Of a DNA stretch of 64,000 bases, positions 1-17,480 are shown piece after piece (position 1 is the stretch's first letter; each line of letters opens with the position of its first letter). The position numbers were made by a program, and so were the translations under genes. This DNA comes from Hormiphora californensis (lineage: Eukaryota; Animalia; Ctenophora), in assembly GCA_020137815.1 (NCBI GenBank), contig CM035351.1, positions 5,456,001 to 5,520,000 on the forward strand, in the 5' to 3' direction. The notes beneath the pieces were generated by a model that was not told where the DNA came from, ran no database searches, and saw only the letters and a program-made list of their open reading frames with translations.

Positions 1-616
1 CTTTTTAAGGGATCGGAGAAAATGTTCTTGGATGAGAGATCAATAGGGATAGTAGGACTGAGATAAAGCCAGCCTTTACATACATATATTTCGTGCTATG
101 GTATCTTACTATAATAGATGTTACTCGCTTGCAGAGCAGTTGCCGCACGTCGAAGTCGTAAAGAAACATTTCGGCTGACACCGACTGTTGGCCGGCTTTC
201 AACACCTGGCTTCGAAGTGGCTAGATTAATTGTAATCTAGTAGGCCAATATTTATTTTTTGACGCTAGTTGTCATGTTCTAGTTATGTAGTTATTATTTG
301 ATTAAGTATTTTACAACGATATAAGATAAAACATTGCGGTTTTGGGGCATTGCCTTTGGCACCAAGTGAGGAATTTCAACTTAAAAATTTCATCTGGTTG
401 GTTGGTTGGTGATACTAAGCCGACGTTCTACCAAGCTCTTTTTCATCTTTGCTCATTAACACTTAATTATTATTTTTATTACATTTGATATTACAGGTAC
501 ATACTGTGATGCGTGAATGACGCAACAAGGAAACCAATATATATATATACTCAGAGAAATAGATAATATTGAAAATGATATAACTAAGTAGCTAACGCAC
601 TATGTTACAATATTTT

Positions 617-702
617 CTGTCTGGCGCCGCACTCATGTTTGATCATGGCGTCACACTGTTTGATTTGAGAATCAGATGGCCGGGTTTGGCGCCGCCAGAC
701 AG
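617..702. mobile_element. micro-MITE of the CTGTC..GACAG family (older copy)
   Basis: Starts ctgtctggcgccgc and ends ggcgccgccagacag, the same termini as the copies at 50941-52510. Flanks aatatttt/tatatttg are a degenerate 8-bp duplication. Confidence 0.65.
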
Positions 703-1772
703 TATATTTGTGATGCTTGCAGTGAGAGAGGCCGGTCTATCAAGGAAATCTTATTAAATTAATGAAACATATGTTTGCTTAAAATTATTTAAACTCTTCT
801 CGACTTTATAATGTATCCAACAGGTCTTTATATTTTGCTTGCGAGTTTTGTAACTGTGCTTAGAATTGGAAGATGTCGATACCATTGCCGTACCAATTTC
901 ATTGAAAAGTTATAACTAGGAAATAAAATTATGATTGTTCCAACTGTTTTATCCAAATTTGTAACAGGAGAATGATTTTCCGGTTTTTCTGGGACAGAGA
1001 TCGGTTCATTCGGCCATGGCCCGAACGCTCTGGTGGAGGCGTCAAACCAGGTAACGGCTTGATTATATAATATAGCATTGATAGCTGTGCAGCAGCTCTG
1101 CTTTGAGTTTTGACTTTAGCCGAAAAATCCCATCCTCAATTCTGATTTCAAGTAGTCTTTGAGTGTATCATCCCAAAAAAAGAATTATGATGATCTCCGT
1201 ATAAAAGCTCATGACATGTAAAGCCGTGTGAAGCCGGAGACCGGAGCTATACACATATTAAATATTGCATGATAAACCACCACCAATGGACTACAGTTAT
1301 CATAAGCTCATCATATCATTTCTTATCTTTATACATATATATATGCAGGAAACGTTCGTGTATTTTCACTGACCTCACAGACCGGAATACCAGATATACA
1401 CGTGGCTCCAAGAGATATTATTAACTGCCCCCGTAATTTCTATTATTTCTCGTTTCCTTTTGGGTCTCTCAAATCTATATCTCTTTTCCTATTATTTTCC
1501 AGACAGCGCAGACATGTATTTTTTGCAATAGAATAGAGTATAATCTAGGCTCGTTAATTCAGCGTAATTCATCCCGTAGCATGATACAAGCTCTTGATTC
1601 TCTCGTTTTCTCTATCTCTCTTTATATCGCTCTCTCTCTATCTATCTCTCTCACACATTTCCTATCTCTTATATTCTCTCTATTACTGTCAGAATCGTGC
1701 CTGCTAGAGCGCTTTGCTAAATTTACCATGAGTTATACAGTTGCTCCTCCGGATCTCCTGATTGCCTGATTT

Positions 1773-1873
1773 TACCCACTTATACACGTGTATAATATAC
1801 ATAACACGTGTATAATATACACATACGGCTGTACCCACTTATACACGTGTATAATATACACATACGGCTGTAC
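1773..1873. repeat. short tandem duplication containing three CACGTG E-boxes
   Basis: Repeated unit acacgtgtataatatac. CACGTG at 1785, 1805 and 1844; ttatacacgtgtataa is a perfect 16-bp palindrome. Confidence 0.8.
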
Positions 1874-1915
1874 GGGGGGTCAGCTTGTGTTGAGGTCTGC
1901 TGCTGCAGGTCCCAT

Positions 1916-4900
1916 ATGCAAAATGACGAGGGACCAAACAACAGTTCCTCATGGTGCGGCGTTATAACTCGTTATTGTACTCCGAAGAAGGGAAAACAAC
2001 TATGCAGTTGTAGGTGTGATCTGTCATTTGTGTAGACTGAATTCAGCGCATTATTACGGATATCTAGATCATAAACTATAAAGCACTAACTCATATGATT
2101 CTGGCCCAAATCGTTTTAATGATACACCTTTTCAGATATAAAAGATTCGTTGAAAAGCAATGGAATGGCGGTGAGCCTTGGTTTGGTTCTTGCTAACGTT
2201 GCTTTTATCTCCATTTCAGCCCTTATCTTTATGGTAAGTTATTAAGAGTTTGAAAAAAGCGATTAAATTTAATATGTAAACTGTATGTAGTACATGTACA
2301 TAATTTATAAAATTTGTGATTTAGTAGTAAATGTATTCCATATGTAGTAAGTTTAGTACATAGTATACAGTCGGACCCCGATTTAGGGGCCCCCGATTTA
2401 GTGGCACCCCGATTTAGGGACAGGATTTTCCCCCCCGATATACGAAAATTAACATAATTTGAACCCGATTTAGTGGGTCCGACTGTAGTAAGCTATAATA
2501 AAATAATCCCTAACTATTCTCTCAGCACACGGAGAACGCTCACATCGAGGAAACGGTGACACATAAAGCAAAGCACTTTATCAAACTAAAAGGTTGGATG
2601 GCCCTCAAAAATAGCACCTTTGAAGACCCCTCAGCTTGGATAAAAATAAAGGCTTTATCAAAAAAGAGATGCTTCAAGGACAACAACAACATAGCAAGAT
2701 ATGAGCGGTTCAACTTTTGGACTTCACTCGATTTCTGTTCGACAATAATTTCGACAATAGGTATAAACTGGGCCTGTCCAGCGTGTGTAAAACCCGTTTT
2801 CACACGCTGAAAGAAAAAGTCAAGCTGCGTGTGCCAAACATAACTGGGCAGTCTTTTGGTAACGCATTGCGATAGTAAGGCACGTTTTAGCGTGCCCGCA
2901 ATGTAGGGGTAATTGCGTTACCAGGGCAGTCTTTAGTTTAAATCTAAAAAGTTGTTTGAAATCGCCACGTCTATTTGACAGATAACCAGTACTGATCTTA
3001 TTCAGGTTACGGGTCCTTGTTCCCCGATAGGGATATCGGCAAGATAGCGTGTATTTTCTACGCCCTGTTTGGTATTCCCCTCATGCTTTGCTTCCTAAAT
3101 GTGTGCTGTGACGCAGTTTCATCGGCCGTGTCAGACATTATCCGACAACTATCTCGACTTTTCCTACGCAGTAAGTAACTTCATTTGGACATCAGATGAT
3201 GTAAACCAAAACTAGAGACTTCAAATTTTGAGGTTTTTATTTAGACCCCAGACACCTCCCCCCTCTTGGTTTACTTTATATTAGTTTAATTCGAGTTTCA
3301 GACATTATTTGGAATGTTGTTATAGGTAGCTACCGACCACTCAACGTCGTTGACCGACGTGACGATGTCCACGTTAGATTTACTTCTGCCTCTGGTAGGC
3401 GAGGTAGCTGCGTCGATAGAATATGACAATTGACAAGGCGTGCCATACATACACAATTATTGTGATCATGAATAGGATGTAAATTATGTTTTCTCACCAA
3501 TTATACATCGTCAATTTGCATATCATTGAAAAAAAGTCAGGTCCAGAAATAGTTTGACGACTGCAGTACGTGACTGGGCCATTAGCCACCAAGTCATACA
3601 ATCCCCCCTCCCAAATACTGCTGAAAGATGGCCTATATAGCTGTTAATTTACCACTACCACACCTATTATCGTTTCTATCTGACCTCTCTCTTTCTCTCT
3701 GTTTGTCACCTCTTGAAACAAGCGATTATAGACCAACAAACTCACTAACAGGACGAGAAAACGGATGCTATGTCTCTTATATTAGAACTTACCATTTGGT
3801 GCGGTGCATTCTTAGTAGTAACTAGTAAGAAACCCCCAATCAAGCATAAACACAACAACTATTCAACAATACAACCGACAATGTGTTTGTAATTTGGAGT
3901 GCTCAGTGCAAACATTATATATGAACCTACAAGTACAAGGTACTACCCGCATCCTCCATATCCTTAAATCGATAGTGTTTACGCAGTGAATACAGAGCGA
4001 ATGCAGAGTGAATGCAGAATGAATGCAGAGTGAATGCAGAGCGAATGCAGAGCGAATGCAGAGTGAATGCAGAGCGAATGCAGAGTGAATGCAGAGTGAA
4101 TGCAGAGTGGTTCCAGAGTGAATACGCAGTGAATGCAGAGCGAATACGCAATCATTGGTAATATCCTACCAGAACTAGAATGCCGTAAATACGCAGTGAT
4201 AAAAAATTGGATATTGTATAGTAAGTCACAAGCAAACAGGCATGAGGCCGGTAACGCAAACAAAAGGGAGAGGGAGATAGAGAGGGAGAGGGAGATAGAG
4301 AGAGGGAGATAGAGATAGAGATAGAGAGGGAGATAGAGAGGGAGATAGAGAGGGAGATAGAGAGGGAGAGGGAGATATAGAGATAGAGATAGAGATAGAG
4401 ATAGAGAGGGAGATAGAGAGGGAGAGGGAGATAGAGATAGAGAGAGGGAGATAGGAGAGGAGGGAGATAGAGGAGAGGGAGATAGAGATAGAGATAGAGA
4501 GGGAGATAGAGGATAGAGATAGAGATAGAGATAGAGATAGATAGAGATAGAGATAGAGAGGAGAGGTGAGAGGGAGATAGAGAGGGGGAAGAGAAGAGGA
4601 CAAACCACTCTTTTCGGGTTGTAGGCAAAACAATATCCAATGTTTTTAATCCCACTGCGTATTTACGGCAGTTCTAGTTCTGGTATGATTGCCGTAATTC
4701 GCTCTGCATTCACTGCGTATTCACTGCGTATTCCGCTCTGTATTCACTGCGTATTTTCACTCTGTATCACTGCGTAACAGTTTTCTGGGTAGGATATCCC
4801 CAAACTGATTGCTTATTTCACTCGGCATTCACTTTGCGTATTCCACTTCTGGAAACCCCACTCTGCCATTTCACTCTGCTATTTCACTCTGCCATTCGCT

Positions 4901-6768
4901 CTGCATTCACTCTGCATTCGCTCTGCATTTCACTCTGCATTCACTCTGCATTCGCTCTGCATTCACTCTGCATTCGCTCTGTATTCACTGCGTAAACACT
5001 ATCGATTTAAGGATATGGAGGATGCGGGTAGTACCAAGTACAATACTATAAATAAAGACCAATATCCCGGTCTGACATTCCCACATCCCACATCCCTCTC
5101 TCTTACTCTCTCTCTCTGTCTCTCTCTCTTTCTCTCTCTCTCTCACCATCTCTCTGTTTTTCTTGCAATGTTCAAACTGGGATGGCCACCTGATTAATAA
5201 CTCGACGGACTCTTTTTCAACTGAGAAATCCAACACAGATGCTGCTCAACTGCTCAACCCCGACAAAAAACATGACATATTATTTTGTCACAGCATTCCA
5301 AAGAATATAGTAACCCTTTTCGATGTCTATAACAACGTTATGCTGATTGAATACCTTGCAAAACAAACCAAAATCTTTTCATCTCAGGAAATCAAATGTT
5401 GGCTCTGCAGACTGTCCGCATATTGAAAGTGTGTATAATTTTCCTGGTCTTATCGGGCTACATGACCTTACTTAGTTACATACTTCACATCTACAGCGGG
5501 GTAAGTACAACTTGAACTAGCAATTCTACAGGCCAATTATACTCTGACAGTAATTCTAGCACTATTAATTTAACTTTCAATCAACCTGAAACCGTTAAAA
5601 AACGTGTCGCCATTACAAGTTTTAGTAACTCACGTCAAACTATTCGTTACAGATGGATAACTTGATATCATCCTTTTACTTCTACGTAATCACACTGACA
5701 ACCACGGGTATCGGAGATATCAGTATGATCGACCACAATGCACTAATTCTTGTCAGAGTCTTTGCAGTATTCCTCCTTGGTCTCACCCTCGTGACTACCC
5801 TTATCAACTCCATACGAGATGCAGCAAAGGTAACTATTATACAGTGATTCACAATTTAATTATTGTGGCTTGAATGTTTGTGTCTTTTCTCTGTCTGTGA
5901 TTCTTTCCCTCTCATTGATTCGATGATGTCAATGTGCCCCACTGCATGGTACAAACCCCCAACCCCACCAACCGCCCATATCACCAAGCTTGGTTCACCT
6001 CAATTCTTGTGAAAAAAACTAACCTGATTGGCCCAGGCGACCACGACGCCTCGGTCCCGTCCTCCACCGGTCCAAATGCAATCAGTCATTGCAAGTGTTA
6101 TTGCAAAACATGGGCCTTTTGGTAAGGGCAACAACCCCTTGAAACTTTCATAGAAAATGCTCCGCCGCTGACAATAGTCCCCTCTTTTTGGGGTTGTACA
6201 CCGCTGAAAATAAAGATTTTATGTCAGCTGTGCTAATTCTTACTTCTTGAATGCATGTGTTTGTGATCATTGGCGTGTTAAATGTGTGAATTCGCGTTCT
6301 CATAACAGAACTACTGTAATACAGGTTGCCCCAAATACAATTCGCCCCCAATCAAAACCTATTATTCACCTAACCAAACCTTTTAATTTTAAAGCTCTCC
6401 CCCATATTTTCTCGCTGATTGCTAATTATAATTCCGAGAGACTCACCTGGAACAGGAATCAATTGTTTCAGAAACAGGCCAGAACGGCAACTCGATGGAA
6501 GGCACTGGGGGGCTTGGCAGCAGCAGTCCACCTCATGCCGTCGTCTCACTCAGCCACCGCGGTGGTGGATCCTCAATCCGGTATACAGCCATTGTACCAT
6601 GATCACGATATCGAGGAGGTGCAGAACGGTCATAAAGCTATTGAAGGAGAGGGATTAGAGAAGAAGGTGAACTTGATTACTGTTGTGAAACTGGCACAAC
6701 TAGCCCATGCGAAACAGCGGGCAGAGGAATCAGAACTGAAGATGGGGCCGCCGGAGGATAATCTGTGA
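1916..6768 (+). CDS. two-pore-domain potassium channel (K2P/KCNK family)
   Basis: Phase-compatible GT-AG exons at about 1916-2009, 2136-2233 (TM1 VSLGLVLANVAFISISALIFM), 2526-2760 (cap plus FWTSLDFCSTIISTIG), 3006-3170 (YGSLFP..IACIFYALFGIPLML), 5388-5500 (TM3), 5653-5829 (SFYFYVITLTTTGIGD plus TM4) and 6472-6768. This gives the 4TM/2P topology. The first exon is less certain. Confidence 0.93.
2368..2485. mobile_element. Tc1/mariner-pogo-type MITE
   Basis: TA|cagtcggaccc...gggtccgactg|TA with internal cccgattta repeats. A second, degenerate copy lies at about 13036-13133. Confidence 0.85.
3943..5031. mobile_element. Foldback-type DNA element with long TIRs built of 10-bp tandem repeats
   Basis: TA|ctacccgcatcctccatatccttaaatcgatagtgtttacgcagtg ... 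exact reverse complement|TA. Arms contain (gaatgcagag[t/c])n. Inner inverted repeats flank an AG/GATA microsatellite core. Confidence 0.9.
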
Positions 6769-7167
6769 CGCGGGACGGTGTAGTGTTGGAAAACTGTGAT
6801 ATTCGAGGGATATGAGAGAAAATAAGGAGAGAACTGAGAAGAGAAGAGAGGTGGGTAAGAGTTGATATGAAGTGAAGCTAGGGAAATTATGGTGTGAATA
6901 TTGGGAGATGAAGATCGAGAAAAATGTGAATTAACATAATCGAACTTATTTTTTACAAATTCTGTAAAATTGTCGTACTACTTTACAATTGTCAAACCGC
7001 ATAAACATTTCCCAAAAATTATTTCAAGGAACTCCAAGTTATAAATATATCTTACATTCTCTTTACACTTTACACTGTGCAACTGTTTACCGTCCGTTAT
7101 TGGCAGAGTTTGTACAGGTTTCATATCACACACACACATGGCACCCAGTATCACCAACTAGTATCCT

Positions 7168-7251
7168 CTGCCAGAGCATTGGCCTGACCCATTATCGTTT
7201 CTCTCAAACGCGGAGCGCGCGAGAACTGTGGTCAGAGCATTGGCCTGACAG
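7168..7251. mobile_element. 84-bp micro-MITE (CAGAGCATTGGCCTGA subfamily) with 8-bp TSD
   Basis: agtatcct|ctgcc...gacag|agtatcct. An inverted sister copy at 51501-51567 has its own 8-bp TSD gttaaaac. Confidence 0.85.
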
Positions 7252-7381
7252 AGTATCCTTCGATTATCCAGAGGTTCTACTTTACAGTTTACCCTGTTTC
7301 ACTGCGTTCAAAAAAGGGTTTGAACAAAACGAGGTCCAACCACAGGCAGTAGATCCCTCACTTGTTCCCCTCACTGGTTCT

Positions 7382-14575
<7,194 letters not shown>

Positions 14576-15599
14576 CTTCCTAAAAACACATTGAGAATTG
14601 AGTGGAAAAAAAAATCTTGACATATTTGAATATCATATAGGGGTCCCCCGTCGCTAAAAAATTACAGGGTACAGACTTTACACAACCTTTACACAGTCGT
14701 TACACCCAAAGAGGCGAGTTTATAATCTGGGTGCCTCTAAGCTAAGGCTACCTTTTAACATTCTTAGCCTCTAGGCTCTAAGTCTGTTAACAGGAGCACA
14801 ATACACTTGGACAGACCAACAAAATCGATGAATTGTTAGCACCCCGATTCTGGAGGCACTGTTTGGAGGCGCCGTTTGCCGTGTAAAGGCTGTACTTTTT
14901 AAAAACCCCTATTTGCTACACACATGCAACATGCCCGGCTCCTCAGTCCTCACGCGGTGCGGGATAAGGCAGCGCTCCTTATTTTTTTGGAACTAAAAAG
15001 TTTTAGAACGGAAAAAAATAAACCAAAAACGAAACCAAAATAAAAATGAAAATTAAATCAGTTTGCAGTTTTCCACGCTGCAATGTACAACAGCCGCCAA
15101 CTTTTTCATAAAAACGCAGCCGGCGAGCGCGCGCAATGCCTTTGCATTTGGAAATTTGTAAATTTAAAATTTGAAACTTTTCTAAAGTTTTTGAAACTTT
15201 TTTGAAACTTTTAAAATCACTCTTTACTTCAAACAGCAATCCGACAATACCGGGTTCCATGATGGATACGAGGGTACTCTCGACACTTCGGTGTTGTACC
15301 ACTTTGCAGGTTCACTCTGTGACCGATCGTGGTGTGCGTTTATTATCTGAGACCCCGGTGTCGGATTTAAAATCACTCACAAAATCAGATTAAAAAACTG
15401 TAATTTTTGAGTTCCTGTGACAATTGTTGTTAGTTGTGAGTAATGAATTTGCATGGGGCTAATTCAACAGGATATTTCCAAGAAAAAGAGATTCATTTAA
15501 GTTTTTAAAATCGTATCTGATGAGTGGCAAGTGGCGGCTGCTGGCTGCTGCGGCTGTCGGGTGACACTCAGCGGGTACCCGGGATGCATCAAAGACCAA

Positions 15600-16100
15600 A
15601 GTTCAGACTGATCGACCTTGTTCTTAACTGAGAGATACATACCAAGCGCTGGTTACAGAATGCCACAATTTTGTGGAACTCTCAACTCCTTGGAAAAGAG
15701 TTTATCGTCATCGCCCGTCACGACCGGTTGCAGTAAGTGGTCTGTGGTCTGCTGTCCACGGCTGGAATCTTGATACGAGAATTGTTTGCCTGGTAAGAGA
15801 AGTGCAATACTATTCGTATAAGCGTTATAATCATCGTTCGATGATGTATTTGTGTTGTTCAAAACGGAGTGTGAAAATCAATTTCAAGTTCAGACCAAAT
15901 CAATCCAGACCATTCGAGAGGATTCCTTTGAAATGCGAGCTATCCAGCTCTTCAACAGGATGCTGGCATCATTCCGTTGATCTAAATCTGTTGCCAACCT
16001 AAAAGTCAATCTTCTTGGTAAATTCCTCGGCACAATCCCTGATAAACCTCCGGTCGTAGGATACCTTACCACTGGGGGCAACTCTCTCTTTAGTCTGCTG
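15600..16100 (+). mobile_element. decayed 3' end of a CR1/Jockey-group LINE
   Basis: About 16015-16090 translates as KFLGTIPDKPPVVGYLTTGGNSL, resembling the typical ORF2 C-terminus (LDKFL..IPDQP...Y....NSL). Upstream frames are broken and the 5' boundary is approximate. Confidence 0.55.
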
Positions 16101-16719
16101 AGTGGTGACGGAAGGCAAGTAAGCACCTCACATCTCGCTACAAATTCACTCGGATGCGTAGGTTGAGCGTGGGTATAATTTATCTATTAGTTGTGTACAA
16201 TATCGAAACTAATTTTTGATTATTAAAATTTTTAAGTGTTATATTATACAGTGTTATATTACACAGTTATATTATACAATGATATTAAGATTTTATTAAT
16301 TGTTTTGTTCATACCTTTGAAGCTGACTGTGTGCAAGAGTCTAATTAATTTAATTCGTTCGTAAATGGGTTTTATTGAGACAAAGTATGCGAAACAAAAA
16401 ACACTGAGAATGAATAAAAGTATCGTAATATTTATCTAACTAATGATTGGTACTGTTTCAACTGAAAAGTTCCACCCATTATCTGTTATGCGTATCAGTA
16501 GTCTATCTAATACGGATTATAACGCTTCTTAAAGGAAACATATATTTTCCATTCATTTGTGATAGGTTTATAAACCAACAATTATAATATTATGTAGTAT
16601 GGAAAATTGTCTACTTTAAAAAGCAGTATGTTATTAATATCGCAGTTACACTATCAAACATTTGCACCTTGTTGTGTATTTAATTCTTAGAACTCATTTA
16701 GTTCTTAGAATTCATCTAA

Positions 16720-17480
16720 TTTTTTCCCCGCCCGGGTGAATGCCGAAGGCATTCACCCGGATGCCTTTTGCAAAAAGGCATAGGGGTTTAGAATTCGACA
16801 AGTTTACATACTAGTGAAGTGTCACGCTTTTTTTGTCCCGTGACGTAACCCATCCATAGCAACCATCCAGTGCGGAGTGCTCAAAATATCATTTGAAATA
16901 CTTCACACACGCTCTAATTCAAATTGCCCACGAAGGCGACGCCCGCAAAGTTATTACAGTGCTGAAATGACGCACTTTCATTAGAACGCGCAGCCCGGCG
17001 CCGTGCGCCCCTTCCTGTTTGCAATTCATAACGTTCATCGTTCGTCATGTGTTCGTCATTACAATTGCGCTCTGGTATTGCCATTGATTACATGAGGTGA
17101 GAGGTCAGTTGAGTGGAGATCACATAGACTAGAAAAGGAGCCTAATTAGGCAGCTCATCACCTGCACTGTTCTATCTCACCTTTCAGAATCTCAATGAAT
17201 GAGATCTGTTCAGGATTAAATAGGGAGGAAAATTAGAAAAATATCTGGCGAGGGCCGGGCTCGAACCGACAACCTCTGGGTTTAACCAACCATTCTTCCA
17301 CAACCGTGATCTGCCCGCTGTATGTTTCCCCTTCACTGTTGTACAGTAGGGCGTGTATGTGTGAGAGAGAAAGGGGTTAGGGGCAAAAAATTTAAAAAAA
17401 TTTTTCTGATTTGAACTTGGTCATAATTTACACCCTGGGGGGGGAAACCCCCGCATAGGGAAATATGAAAATTTTTTTTA
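16720..17480 (+). mobile_element. Helentron/DINE-1-like non-autonomous element (HINE), tentative
   Basis: Begins in a T-run with ttccccgcc, then hairpins ccgggtgaatgcc-gaa-ggcattcacccgg and atgcctttttg/caaaaaggcat. A candidate 3' sub-terminal repeat gggggggaaa and stem-loop precede a T-run near 17436-17479, in low-quality sequence. Confidence 0.45.
17245..17299 (-). mobile_element. tRNA-derived SINE head / tRNA 3' half remnant
   Basis: Reverse strand reads aacccagaggttgtcGGTTCGAGCCcggccctcgcca, a B-box/T-arm plus acceptor 3' side. No D-arm or A-box is recognisable, so this is not a functional tRNA. Confidence 0.5.

Noticed and set aside
3927-5236. ORFs with HSAFTL/SLCI repeats and LYLYL/SISIS runs
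   Set aside because: These are translations of the foldback decamer arrays and the microsatellite.
17125-17175. Possible hammerhead ribozyme (tgatgagc-stem) in the SINE body
   Set aside because: It lacks the CUGAUGA C and the downstream GAAA core.
17245-17299. tRNA gene
   Set aside because: Only the 3' half is tRNA-like; there is no D-arm or complete acceptor stem.
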